A DNA stretch of 64,000 nucleotides from Gemmatimonadales bacterium (lineage in GTDB: Bacteria; Gemmatimonadota; Gemmatimonadetes; Gemmatimonadales; GWC2-71-9): contig DATIYM010000020.1 of assembly GCA_035517615.1 (NCBI GenBank), forward strand, positions 68,699 through 132,698, written 5' to 3'. This document shows positions 35,046-45,405 of this stretch, one piece after another. Every line of letters starts with the position of its first letter. The stretch's first letter is position 1. Below the pieces are notes generated by a model that was given only the letters and a program-made list of their open reading frames with translations, did not search any database and was not told the DNA's origin. The position numbers and the translations under genes are program-made.

Positions 35046-35057
35046 GCCGATCTCTCG

Positions 35058-35516
35058 GTGGACAAGCTCTCCATAGCCCGGAATCCGCGGGCGCGACACG
35101 ACTATCATCTCCTGGAAACCTGGGAGGCCGGCCTCGTCCTCACGGGCACGGAAGTGAAATCGCTGCGTGATCGGAAGGCGAGTCTGGGCGAGGCGTACGC
35201 GCACGTCCAGAACGGAGAAGTCTGGCTCGAGGGCATGACGATCTCCCCGTACGGACCGGGTAGCTATAACAACCCTCCCCCGGCACGCTCGCGCAAGTTG
35301 TTGCTGCACAAACGCGAGATCCGCAAACTGATCGGGGGAACGACGCAACGGGGTCTGACACTGGTCCCGCTCGAGCTGTACTTCAAGGATGGAGTAGCGA
35401 AAGTGGCCATCGCGCTCGCCCGCGCCAAGAAGGTTCACGATAAGCGCGACGAGTTGAAGCGTCGCGCGATCGATCGCGAGCTGGCGCGCGCGTTTCGCAA
35501 CCGGGGCAAATCGTGA
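35058..35516 (+). CDS. smpB: SsrA-binding protein
   Basis: IARNPRARHDYHLLETWEAGLVLTGTEVKSLR...LLLHKREIRKL are typical SmpB motifs. Confidence 0.9.
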   Translation: MDKLSIARNPRARHDYHLLETWEAGLVLTGTEVKSLRDRKASLGEAYAHVQNGEVWLEGMTISPYGPGSYNNPPPARSRKLLLHKREIRKLIGGTTQRGLTLVPLELYFKDGVAKVAIALARAKKVHDKRDELKRRAIDRELARAFRNRGKS

Positions 35517-36694
35517 TGCTGGTCCTGCTCGCGGCGCTTCTCGCCCCCGCGCAGATCGCGATTGCCACGCCGCGGGGCCAAACGCTCGTTCCGGTAACCA
35601 CGGAGCGGGGCGGGGCCGCGGTGCCGCTGCCTCCACTCATTTCGGCGCTCAATCTCACCACGACGCTCGACGGCTCCGAGGCCACCGTAGGGTTGGACGG
35701 TGCGATTTTCATCTTCCAGCTGGGCATGCCGTTCGTGCGCGCGCGCGGGGCCATCTATTCCATGTCGATCGGTCCCTATCTCGCGCGCGACACGCTGTTC
35801 CTCCCGCTCGACTGGGTGGCGGTAACGATTCCTCAGGTGCTTAAGGGCCGCTACCGCTGGGACGATGCCACGGCACGGCTCGAGGAGCTGCCCCAGCCGG
35901 CCGCGAGCGCGGTGTCGGCCGTGCTGTCGAACGCGCCCAACCCGCTCACCGGACTCAGGCTCAGACACATCATTCTCGTCGACCCCGGCCATGGCGGCGC
36001 GGACCCCGGCAACCCGGGGCTCTATTTCCCTGGTGGACTGGTCGAGAAAGACATCACGCTGAACGTCGCCAAGCTGCTGCGGGCCGAACTGCTGCGTCGC
36101 GGGCTCGAAGCGCGCCTGACGCGGACGCGCGACACGTTGATCGATCTGGCCGATCGCGGCGCGTTGTGCAGCGGCGACTGCGACTTGTTCGTCAGCATCC
36201 ACGTGAATTCAATGCCGCGGGGTCAGCACCAGTCGGCGGCGAGCGGCGTCGAGACCTACTTTCTGTCCGATGCGAAAACCGAAGATCAGCGCCGCGTGGC
36301 GCAGATGGAAAACGACGCCATCCGTTTCGAGACCGATGGGTCGAATGCGTCCACGGGTGACCTGGGGTTCATCCTCCGCGATTTGCAGGCCAACGAATAC
36401 CTCCGCGAATCGGCCCGGCTCGCGCAGCTCGTGCAACAGCGCGTGAGTCTCGTGCACCCGGGCGGGGATCGCGGCGTGCAGCAGGCGGGATTCATGGTGC
36501 TCACCACGGCGCGGCGCCCGGCGATCCTGGTCGAGACCGGCTTCGCCACCAACCGGACCGATGCCGCGTTCCTCGCGTCGAGCCTCGGGCAGCACAAGGT
36601 GGCCAGCGCGGTGGCCGACGGGATCGTCGCGTATCTCCTCGAGTTCGAGCGTAAACTCTCCGGAATGACCGCCGCGGGCCGGGCGCCGCAGTGA
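35513..36694 (+). CDS. N-acetylmuramoyl-L-alanine amidase (Amidase_3, AmiC-like) with an N-terminal AMIN-like domain
   Basis: ILVDPGHGGADPG, DLFVSIHVNS, GVETYFLS and PAILVETGFATN. Signal peptide MMLVLLAALLAPAQIA. Confidence 0.85.
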   Translation: MMLVLLAALLAPAQIAIATPRGQTLVPVTTERGGAAVPLPPLISALNLTTTLDGSEATVGLDGAIFIFQLGMPFVRARGAIYSMSIGPYLARDTLFLPLDWVAVTIPQVLKGRYRWDDATARLEELPQPAASAVSAVLSNAPNPLTGLRLRHIILVDPGHGGADPGNPGLYFPGGLVEKDITLNVAKLLRAELLRRGLEARLTRTRDTLIDLADRGALCSGDCDLFVSIHVNSMPRGQHQSAASGVETYFLSDAKTEDQRRVAQMENDAIRFETDGSNASTGDLGFILRDLQANEYLRESARLAQLVQQRVSLVHPGGDRGVQQAGFMVLTTARRPAILVETGFATNRTDAAFLASSLGQHKVASAVADGIVAYLLEFERKLSGMTAAGRAPQ

Positions 36695-38187
36695 GCGCGG
36701 TCCGGCGTGCAGGCCTTTGTCTCCTGCTCGCGCTCGGCACCCAGACCGGATGCGTGTACTTCAACGCGATGTGGAGCGTGAACCACTATGCCGGCCAGGC
36801 GCGGAGCGCGGAGCGCGCGGGCCGCAACGATGAAGCGCGCGCCGCTTGGTCGGAGACCGCGATCCGCGCGGAGTCGCTCGTGGCTCGCCATCCGCACAGC
36901 CGCTACGTCCCGAAGGCGCTCGTGCTGCAGGGAGAAGGGCTGGCCGCGAGCGGTGGATGCGATCGCGCGATGGTCCCGCTCACCCGAGTCCTCGCCACCG
37001 TGTCGAACACCGAGCTGCGCGAACGTGCCGCGCTCGCCGCTGCCGGATGCTCGCTCGAGCGCAGCGACATCGCGGGCGCCGACAGCCTTGCGGGAATGGT
37101 CGTAGGCTCGTCCGACCGGGGGCGCGCGTCACGGGCATATTTCCTCGCGGGGCGCGTGGCCGAACTGCGAGGCGATCTGCGCGTCGCCGAGCATGCATAC
37201 GCCGGCTCCGCCGATCCGAACGCACGCGTCTCGCGCGCGCATGCGCTACTCGCGCTCGGCGAGCCGTGGACCGGGGTATTCGACACCCTGCTCGGGTCGC
37301 ACGTGTCGGAAACGGAGTGGGCCAATCTCCTGGACCACGTTAGCCGCACCACGTCCGCAGACAGCGCCAGCGCCGTCCTGGACCAGGTGCTCACGCGCAC
37401 CCGACTGGGCGCGGGATCCCGGGCGCGGCTGCTCGTAGCGGATGGGAATCGGCTGTTCGCCGCCACCGCGTGGACCAGCGCTGCGACCCGCTACAAGACG
37501 GCGGCGGGGCTCGTGCCCGATTCCGTCATCGGGCACGAGGCGGTGGTCCGTGGGATGTGGGTGCGAGCGGTAACGTCGCGCACGGTGCCCGACTTGCGAG
37601 CGGTTCGCGCAGACTTGTCGCGCCTGATTCCGAGTCTGGACGGAGGCACCGCCCAGCTCGCGAGAACGCTCGACGGCGTTCTCGGTCGCGTGCTGCTCGA
37701 GGATGACGCATCCGACGTGGCGCGGTTACAGGCGGCGGAGGTCGCGCGTGATTCGCTGCACGCGCCGGAGCTTGCGGGAACGATGTTCCTGGATTTCGCA
37801 CGCGACCGCCCCAACTCGCTCTTTGCCGCGAAGGCGCTCCTCGCGGCCGCCCCGCTGCGTCCCGATGTGCGCGATTCGATCTTCGACGTCCTGGCGGTGA
37901 CCTATGCCGGATCCCCGTACACGCTGGCGTGGCAGGGTGAGCCGAGCCCGGCGTACGCGGCGGCCGAGGATTCGCTTGCCATCGCGCTGGGCGGCGCGGC
38001 GCCGGAGCTGCCGCTCGCGGTTGGTGTGCCGGTTCCCGTGCCCGGCCGGCGCGGGCCACCGCTCGATTCGTTTGGCGAAGCAACTCCCGCGGCGGATGCG
38101 GTTCCTGGCCCCCCCGTGCAACGGGCCGGCGATCCCAAGCCGGGACGAAAGCGCGGCGCGCAGCCGCCGCCCGCGGACCTCCAATGA
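36691..38187 (+). CDS. Hypothetical lipoprotein with TPR-like helical repeats and a Pro-rich tail
   Basis: Lipobox LLLALGTQTGC. Ala/Arg-rich helical repeats. No catalytic motif recognised. Confidence 0.5.
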   Translation: MSAVRRAGLCLLLALGTQTGCVYFNAMWSVNHYAGQARSAERAGRNDEARAAWSETAIRAESLVARHPHSRYVPKALVLQGEGLAASGGCDRAMVPLTRVLATVSNTELRERAALAAAGCSLERSDIAGADSLAGMVVGSSDRGRASRAYFLAGRVAELRGDLRVAEHAYAGSADPNARVSRAHALLALGEPWTGVFDTLLGSHVSETEWANLLDHVSRTTSADSASAVLDQVLTRTRLGAGSRARLLVADGNRLFAATAWTSAATRYKTAAGLVPDSVIGHEAVVRGMWVRAVTSRTVPDLRAVRADLSRLIPSLDGGTAQLARTLDGVLGRVLLEDDASDVARLQAAEVARDSLHAPELAGTMFLDFARDRPNSLFAAKALLAAAPLRPDVRDSIFDVLAVTYAGSPYTLAWQGEPSPAYAAAEDSLAIALGGAAPELPLAVGVPVPVPGRRGPPLDSFGEATPAADAVPGPPVQRAGDPKPGRKRGAQPPPADLQ

Positions 38188-39023
38188 GCGCGATCGAGTT
38201 CCTCGGCGCGACGTTCCAGAATCCGGTCCTGCTGGCCGCGGGCACCGCTGGGTTCGGCCGGGAGGTGGAGCGCGTGGTCGCCCTCGAACGCCTCGGTGGC
38301 CTGATCACGAAGGCCGTGACGCCCGAGCCGCGCCGCGGCCACCCGAGCCCGCGGGTCGCGGAATTCCGCGGAGGCATGCTCAACGCGATCGGGCTCGCCA
38401 ATCCAGGGATCGAGGCGGTCCTGCAACATGAGCTGCCCTGGCTCGCCGCGCACGTCAAACGGGCTCGTGTCATCGTGAACGTCGCCGGCGCCACGGTAGA
38501 CGATTACGTCTGTGTGCTCGGTCGATTGAGCGCCGCGCCCGGAGTCGTAGCCTTCGAGATCAACGCGTCCTGCCCCAACACCAAAGCCGGTGGCCTCGAG
38601 TTCGGGGCCAGTCCCACGGCACTGGGTGAGCTGGTGGGACGCTGCCGCGCGGCCACGCCCCGTCCGCTCATCGTGAAGCTGTCGCCCGTGCTACCCGACA
38701 TCGCGGCGATGGCGGAAGTTGCCGCGCACGAGGGGGCGAATGCCGTGAGCGTTGTGAATACCTTTCCAGGCGAGAGTGGCGGACGACTCGGAAATGGAGT
38801 GGGAGGCGTGAGCGGACCCGCACTACTGCCGCTGGGCGTGTTGGCGGTACACCGGATTGCCGGCCGACTCGACCTGCCGATCATCGGCATGGGGGGAATC
38901 CGGACCGGGCAGGATGCCCGGGAGTATCTCGACGCGGGAGCGACGCTGGTGGCGATCGGCACGGCCGCGCTGGCCGATCCGCGCGTTCCGGAACGGGTCG
39001 TGCGCGAGTTGACCAGTGGCTGA
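38184..39023 (+). CDS. pyrD: Dihydroorotate dehydrogenase, class 1
   Basis: FQNPVLLAAGTAGFG, GGLITKAVTPEPRRG, MLNAIGLANPG and INASCPNT (Cys catalytic base). Confidence 0.85.
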   Translation: MSAIEFLGATFQNPVLLAAGTAGFGREVERVVALERLGGLITKAVTPEPRRGHPSPRVAEFRGGMLNAIGLANPGIEAVLQHELPWLAAHVKRARVIVNVAGATVDDYVCVLGRLSAAPGVVAFEINASCPNTKAGGLEFGASPTALGELVGRCRAATPRPLIVKLSPVLPDIAAMAEVAAHEGANAVSVVNTFPGESGGRLGNGVGGVSGPALLPLGVLAVHRIAGRLDLPIIGMGGIRTGQDAREYLDAGATLVAIGTAALADPRVPERVVRELTSG

Positions 39024-39693
39024 GCTGATCGTGGCGCTCGACGTTCCGAGCGCGTCTCGTGCCCTCGAGCTCGCCGACCAGTTGGACGAGCTGCAGTGGG
39101 TGAAGATCGGTCCCGTCCTGTTTGTGCGTGAGGGTCCGGCCATCGTGCGGCAGCTCATCGCCCGAGGCATCCGGGTCTTTCTCGATCTCAAGTGGCATGA
39201 CATCCCGAGCACTGTGGCGGATGCCGTCGCGGCCGCGCGCGAGCTCGGTGTGTCGCTCGCGACGGTGCACTGCTTCGGGGGCCGCGCGATGTTGGAGGCG
39301 GCCGTGCGTTCGGGCGGCGACGCGCTCCCGCTCGTGGGCGTGACGGTGTTGACCTCCCATCACTCCGCCGATCTCGCGGCGGTGCTGGGGCGCGGCGTGC
39401 CCGATGTTGGTTTTGAGGCTGAGCGGCTGGCGCAGCTCGCGATCGCCGCCGGTCTCCGGGGCGTCGTGGCTTCGGGGCATGAGCTTGGCATTCTGCGATC
39501 GGCACTTGGCACCGAGCCCTGGATCGTCGTCCCGGGAATTCGCCCAACGGGAGAATCGCGCGACGATCAGGCGCGTACCATTACCGCCGCCGAAGCCGTG
39601 CGCCGCGGTGCGTCGCACCTGGTCGTCGGGCGGCCCATCACGGCGGCGCCGAATCCATCGCGGGTGTATCGAGAGCTCGTGAACGCGCTGTGA
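39016..39693 (+). CDS. pyrF: Orotidine-5'-phosphate decarboxylase
   Basis: LIVALDVPS, KIGPVLF, FLDLKWHDIPSTV and the C-terminal VVGRPIT. Confidence 0.85.
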   Translation: MAELIVALDVPSASRALELADQLDELQWVKIGPVLFVREGPAIVRQLIARGIRVFLDLKWHDIPSTVADAVAAARELGVSLATVHCFGGRAMLEAAVRSGGDALPLVGVTVLTSHHSADLAAVLGRGVPDVGFEAERLAQLAIAAGLRGVVASGHELGILRSALGTEPWIVVPGIRPTGESRDDQARTITAAEAVRRGASHLVVGRPITAAPNPSRVYRELVNAL

Positions 39694-40103
39694 GAACGCT
39701 GGCCGCGCTGCTCGCGCTCGTGTGCATGGACTCCCGGCTCTCGGGTCAGGCCACGCTGCCCGACGCCGCTCAGCAGGCGGCGACGGCCTGGACGGCTCAC
39801 AACCCCGAGGCGCTGGTCGGCTCGAGTAGCCGCGTGGCCCTGGAAATTCCCGGCGCGGATCCTTCCGGCCCGCTTCCTCCGGCCCAGGCGATCGAACTGC
39901 TGCGGCGCTATCTCAGGCCGGCGCGCGAACAGGGCGTGTCGATCCGGACGGTCAAAGAAGACGCTCCGGGGTCCGGATTTGTCGTGCTCGAACGCGCGTA
40001 TTCGCTGGCCGGGACAAGCGACGTGCGGCGGGAGACGCTGCTGCTGCGGTACCGCAAGGCTGGCGCCGACTGGCAGCTCACCGAATTGCGGGCAGCGCCG
40101 TAA
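39690..40103 (+). CDS. Hypothetical secreted protein (137 aa)
   Basis: Signal-like N-terminus MRTLAALLALVCM. GTGA overlap with pyrF. No motif recognised. Confidence 0.45.
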   Translation: MRTLAALLALVCMDSRLSGQATLPDAAQQAATAWTAHNPEALVGSSSRVALEIPGADPSGPLPPAQAIELLRRYLRPAREQGVSIRTVKEDAPGSGFVVLERAYSLAGTSDVRRETLLLRYRKAGADWQLTELRAAP

Positions 40104-40123
40104 ATCCATTGCATGGCAAGCCC

Positions 40124-40152
40124 TTGCGTGGCCTTCTGAGCCCGTCTATAAT
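40124..40152 (+). promoter_or_regulatory. Sigma-70-like promoter candidate for the rpmJ-rplQ (alpha) operon
   Basis: TTGCGT (40124-29), 17-nt spacer, consensus TATAAT (40147-52). It lies 43 nt upstream of the rpmJ start. Confidence 0.5.
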
Positions 40153-40194
40153 GCGTGACTCGGAAAGAAAATCCCGCACAAACGGAGCGACGGA

Positions 40195-40311
40195 TTGAAG
40201 GTTCGTACCAGCGTCAAGCCGATCTGTGAGCACTGCAGGGTGATCAGACGGCGGGGAGTCATTCGCGTGATTTGCAAGCGCAATCCCAAACACCGCCAGC
40301 GGCAGGGTTGA
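40195..40311 (+). CDS. rpmJ: 50S ribosomal protein L36
   Basis: Not in the ORF track because it is too short. TTG 40195 (GGAG 9 nt upstream) gives [38 protein letters not shown], 38 aa, with the canonical L36 zinc-ribbon sequence. Confidence 0.9.
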   Translation: MKVRTSVKPICEHCRVIRRRGVIRVICKRNPKHRQRQG

Positions 40312-40317
40312 CGATCA

Positions 40318-40701
40318 ATGGCCCGTATCGCCGGTGTCGATCTACCGCGTGAAAAGAAGGTGCTGTACGCCCTCCCGTACATCTTCGGTATCGGTTCGAG
40401 CAACGCCAAGCGGCTGCTCGCGGAAACGGGGGTGAATCCCGACACTCGCGTGCGCGACCTGCGCGACGCCGAAGTTGCACGGTTGCGGCAGGTGATCGAG
40501 CGGGACTACAAAGTGGAAGGCGCGCTGCGCACCGAAGTGGCGATGAACATCAAGCGCTTGATGGACATCGGCACGTACCGGGGCACGCGGCATCGTAAGG
40601 GGCTGCCCGTTCGCGGGCAGCGGACCCACACCAACGCGCGCACGAAGAAGGGACCGCGGCGCGCCATCGCGGGCAAGAAAAAGCCCCTGCTCAAAAAGTA
40701 A
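40318..40701 (+). CDS. rpsM: 30S ribosomal protein S13
   Basis: [26 protein letters not shown]...[28 protein letters not shown]. Confidence 0.97.
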   Translation: MARIAGVDLPREKKVLYALPYIFGIGSSNAKRLLAETGVNPDTRVRDLRDAEVARLRQVIERDYKVEGALRTEVAMNIKRLMDIGTYRGTRHRKGLPVRGQRTHTNARTKKGPRRAIAGKKKPLLKK

Positions 40702-41094
40702 ATGGCCCAAGCGAAACCAGCAGGCGCCAAGCGCGCCAAGAAAGTCGTCGAGGCGGAAGGCATCGCGCATATCACGGCTACGTTCAACAATACGCTGATC
40801 ACGATCACCGACATGCACGGGAACGGCATCACATGGGGTTCCTCGGGTAAAGCCGGCTTTCAGGGTTCGAAAAAGTCGACGCCCTTTGCGGCGACCGTTG
40901 CGGCCGAGCAGGCGGCGCGCGAGGCCCTGAATCTTGGCGTACGCCGGGTGCATGTGCGTGTGCAGGGTCCGGGTTCCGGGCGGGAGTCGGCGATTCAGGC
41001 GCTCGCCACCGCGGGCCTGCAGATCCGCTCGATTCGCGACGTCACGCCCATTCCCCATAACGGGTGCCGGCCGCCCAAGAAGCGGCGGGTCTGA
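40702..41094 (+). CDS. rpsK: 30S ribosomal protein S11
   Basis: [18 protein letters not shown]...[13 protein letters not shown]...[23 protein letters not shown]. Confidence 0.97.
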   Translation: MAQAKPAGAKRAKKVVEAEGIAHITATFNNTLITITDMHGNGITWGSSGKAGFQGSKKSTPFAATVAAEQAAREALNLGVRRVHVRVQGPGSGRESAIQALATAGLQIRSIRDVTPIPHNGCRPPKKRRV

Positions 41095-41095
41095 C

Positions 41096-41731
41096 GTGGC
41101 GCGCTATACCGGTCCTGTGTGCCGCTTGTGCCGCCGCGAGGGCACGAAGCTCTTTCTCAAGGGAACGCGCTGCCTCACGGAGAAGTGCGCCGTCGAGCGG
41201 CGGGCCTATCCGCCGGGGCAGCATGGGCAGTCGGGCGGCCGGCGTCGCAAGGCGTCGGAATACGCCAAGCAGCTGCGTGAGAAACAGAAGGTCCGGCGCA
41301 TTTACGGGATCTCGGAGCGGCAGTTCCGCAACATTTTCAATCGCGTGCTGAAAGAACCGGGGGTCACCGGCGAGGCACTGCTCGTGGCGCTCGAGAGCCG
41401 CCTCGATAATCTCGTGTACCGGCTGGGCTTTGCCGTTTCGCGCAAGCAGGCGCGCCAGCTCGTGCGGCACCGTCACATCGCGGTCAACGGCCGGATTCTC
41501 GACGTACCCTCCTATCGGGTCAAGCCCGGCGACGAGGTCAAAGTCGTGGAGGCGAGCCGGGAGTTGGCGCAGGTCAGGGCGGCGCTCGAACAGTCGGTGC
41601 GAGGCCAGCCTGTTTCATGGATCCAAGTGGACACCGAGAAGGCGCTGGGAAGGATGACGGAGCGGCCAACGCGTGACGCCATCCCCATCGCTGCGCAAGA
41701 ACAGTTAATCGTCGAGCTCTATTCCAAGTGA
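41096..41731 (+). CDS. rpsD: 30S ribosomal protein S4
   Basis: Start moved to GTG 41096 (VARYTGPVCRLCRREGTKLFLKG). S4 domain RLDNLVYRLGFAVSRKQARQLVRHRHIAVNG. Confidence 0.95.
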   Translation: MARYTGPVCRLCRREGTKLFLKGTRCLTEKCAVERRAYPPGQHGQSGGRRRKASEYAKQLREKQKVRRIYGISERQFRNIFNRVLKEPGVTGEALLVALESRLDNLVYRLGFAVSRKQARQLVRHRHIAVNGRILDVPSYRVKPGDEVKVVEASRELAQVRAALEQSVRGQPVSWIQVDTEKALGRMTERPTRDAIPIAAQEQLIVELYSK

Positions 41732-42792
41732 TCACTACTCTCGATTTGACGGGACTCGTTCATCCGCACCTGGTCGAAATGACCAAGCGGGAGGACAACC
41801 CGAATGCAGCCGAGTTCCGCCTCCAGCCCCTGGAGCGCGGGTACGGATACACGCTGGGCAATTCGCTCCGTCGCATGCTGCTCTCCTCGCTGCGCGGCGC
41901 CGCGGTCTGGGCGTTTCGTCTGGAGGGCGTCGTGCACGAGCACCAGACCATTCCCGGCGTGGTGGAAGACGTGCATCAGATCATTCAGCGCTTGAAGCAG
42001 CTGACGCTGGTGCTCGCGCCTGAAGCCGAAGAAGCCGTGCTCCACGTGCGCCGCCAAAAGGGGGGGGCAGTGTACGCGCGCGACATCGAGCCGAACAGCG
42101 CGGTCACGATCGTCAATCAAGACCTGTTGCTGTTCACCCTGCAGGACGACCGCGAGTTGTCCGGCGAGTTTTACGTCAACAAGGGTCGTGGCTACGTCGA
42201 AGCGGAGCAGCACCCGCTCGACCGCTCCATGCCGGTCGACGTGGTGCGAGTGGATTCGATTTACAATCCGGTGCGCCGTGCGAACTTCACGGTCGCCGAG
42301 ACCCGCGTCGGCCAGCGGACCGACTACGACCGTCTCACGCTCACGGTCGAGACGAACGGAACGATCTCGCCCGAGGATGCGGTCGCGTATGCCGCGGCAC
42401 TCGCCCAGGAGCACTTCCGTTTCTTCGTCGATTTCGGCAAGGTCCCCACGGTTGCGGCGCCGTCCGCGGGCAACGGGGGGGCGTCGAGCCATCTGCGCGA
42501 GGTTCTGAACCGCAGCATCGACGATGTCGGCCTCTCGGTGCGCTCGGTCAACTCGCTCAAGAACTCGAACATCCGGACCCTGGGCGATCTCGTGCAGTAC
42601 CGCGAAGAAGACCTGCTCAAGGTCAAAAACGTGGGCGAGAAGGCCCTGGGCGAGATCGCCGAATTGCTCCGGCGTGAAGGGCTGAACTTCGGAATGCGCA
42701 CGGAAGAGGTCGATGGCGAATTCCGTGTGGTCGATCCCGGAACGACGCCGCAGGCGCAGCCGACGGATGGCGTTCCGGTCGAGGGGGAGTAG
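41728..42792 (+). CDS. rpoA: DNA-directed RNA polymerase alpha subunit
   Basis: PLERGYGYTLGNSLRRMLLSSL in the N-terminal domain. C-terminal-domain motif LSVRSVNSLKNSNIRTLGDLV. Confidence 0.95.
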   Translation: MITTLDLTGLVHPHLVEMTKREDNPNAAEFRLQPLERGYGYTLGNSLRRMLLSSLRGAAVWAFRLEGVVHEHQTIPGVVEDVHQIIQRLKQLTLVLAPEAEEAVLHVRRQKGGAVYARDIEPNSAVTIVNQDLLLFTLQDDRELSGEFYVNKGRGYVEAEQHPLDRSMPVDVVRVDSIYNPVRRANFTVAETRVGQRTDYDRLTLTVETNGTISPEDAVAYAAALAQEHFRFFVDFGKVPTVAAPSAGNGGASSHLREVLNRSIDDVGLSVRSVNSLKNSNIRTLGDLVQYREEDLLKVKNVGEKALGEIAELLRREGLNFGMRTEEVDGEFRVVDPGTTPQAQPTDGVPVEGE

Positions 42793-43148
42793 TGCGCCAC
42801 CGCGCCAAGGCTCGGCAGCTCTCCCGTACCGCGAGCCACCGCAAGGCGCTGCTCGCGAACATGGCCACGAGCCTGTTCCGGCACGACGGCATTGTGACCA
42901 CCGAGGCCAAGGCCAAGGAGCTGCGGCCGTACGCGGAGCGGCTGATCACGCTGGCGCGGCGGGGCGACCTCCACGCGCGCCGGCTGGTCGAGGCACGGCT
43001 CAAGGATCGAGACGTGGCGCACCGGTTGTTCAAAGACCTGGGACCGCGGTTCGCCTCGCGGCCCGGGGGGTACACGCGGATCATCAAGTTGGGCCATCGC
43101 TCGGGCGACGGCGCCGAGTTGGCTCGGATTGAATTACTGGGTGAGTGA
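42792..43148 (+). CDS. rplQ: 50S ribosomal protein L17
   Basis: MRHRAKARQLSRTASHRKALLANMATSLFRHDGIVTTEAKAKELRPYAERLITLA. Confidence 0.95.
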   Translation: MRHRAKARQLSRTASHRKALLANMATSLFRHDGIVTTEAKAKELRPYAERLITLARRGDLHARRLVEARLKDRDVAHRLFKDLGPRFASRPGGYTRIIKLGHRSGDGAELARIELLGE

Positions 43149-43170
43149 ACCGACCACAGGCCGCCGGAGA

Positions 43171-43213
43171 GAAAAAAGGGGGGGACCCAAAAGGGTCCCC
43201 CTTCCTTATTTTA
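43171..43213. terminator. Bidirectional intrinsic terminator between rplQ and rpmB
   Basis: GGGGGACCC (43180-88) - AAAA - GGGTCCCCC (43193-43201), flanked by an A-run upstream and a T-rich run downstream. It is therefore usable on both strands. Confidence 0.85.
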
Positions 43214-43402
43214 TCACGCCTTCACGACGCGATTGGACTTGAGGCAGCTCGTGCAGACCCGAAGACGCCGCGTCGCGCCGTCCACCCGTGCGCGCACACG
43301 TTGCAGGTTCGGATACCAGCGGCGGGGGGTTTTGTTGTTGGCGTGACTGACGTTATGCCCAGTTACCGGGCCTTTGCCGCAGATGTCACACACTCGAGCC
43401 AT
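43214..43402 (-). CDS. rpmB: 50S ribosomal protein L28
   Basis: Start moved to ATG 43402: [34 protein letters not shown]... Confidence 0.92.
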   Translation of the reverse strand: MARVCDICGKGPVTGHNVSHANNKTPRRWYPNLQRVRARVDGATRRLRVCTSCLKSNRVVKA

Positions 43403-43426
43403 AGGGACCGTATCCAACGAGAATGA

Positions 43427-45388
<1,962 letters not shown>

Positions 45389-45405
<17 letters not shown>
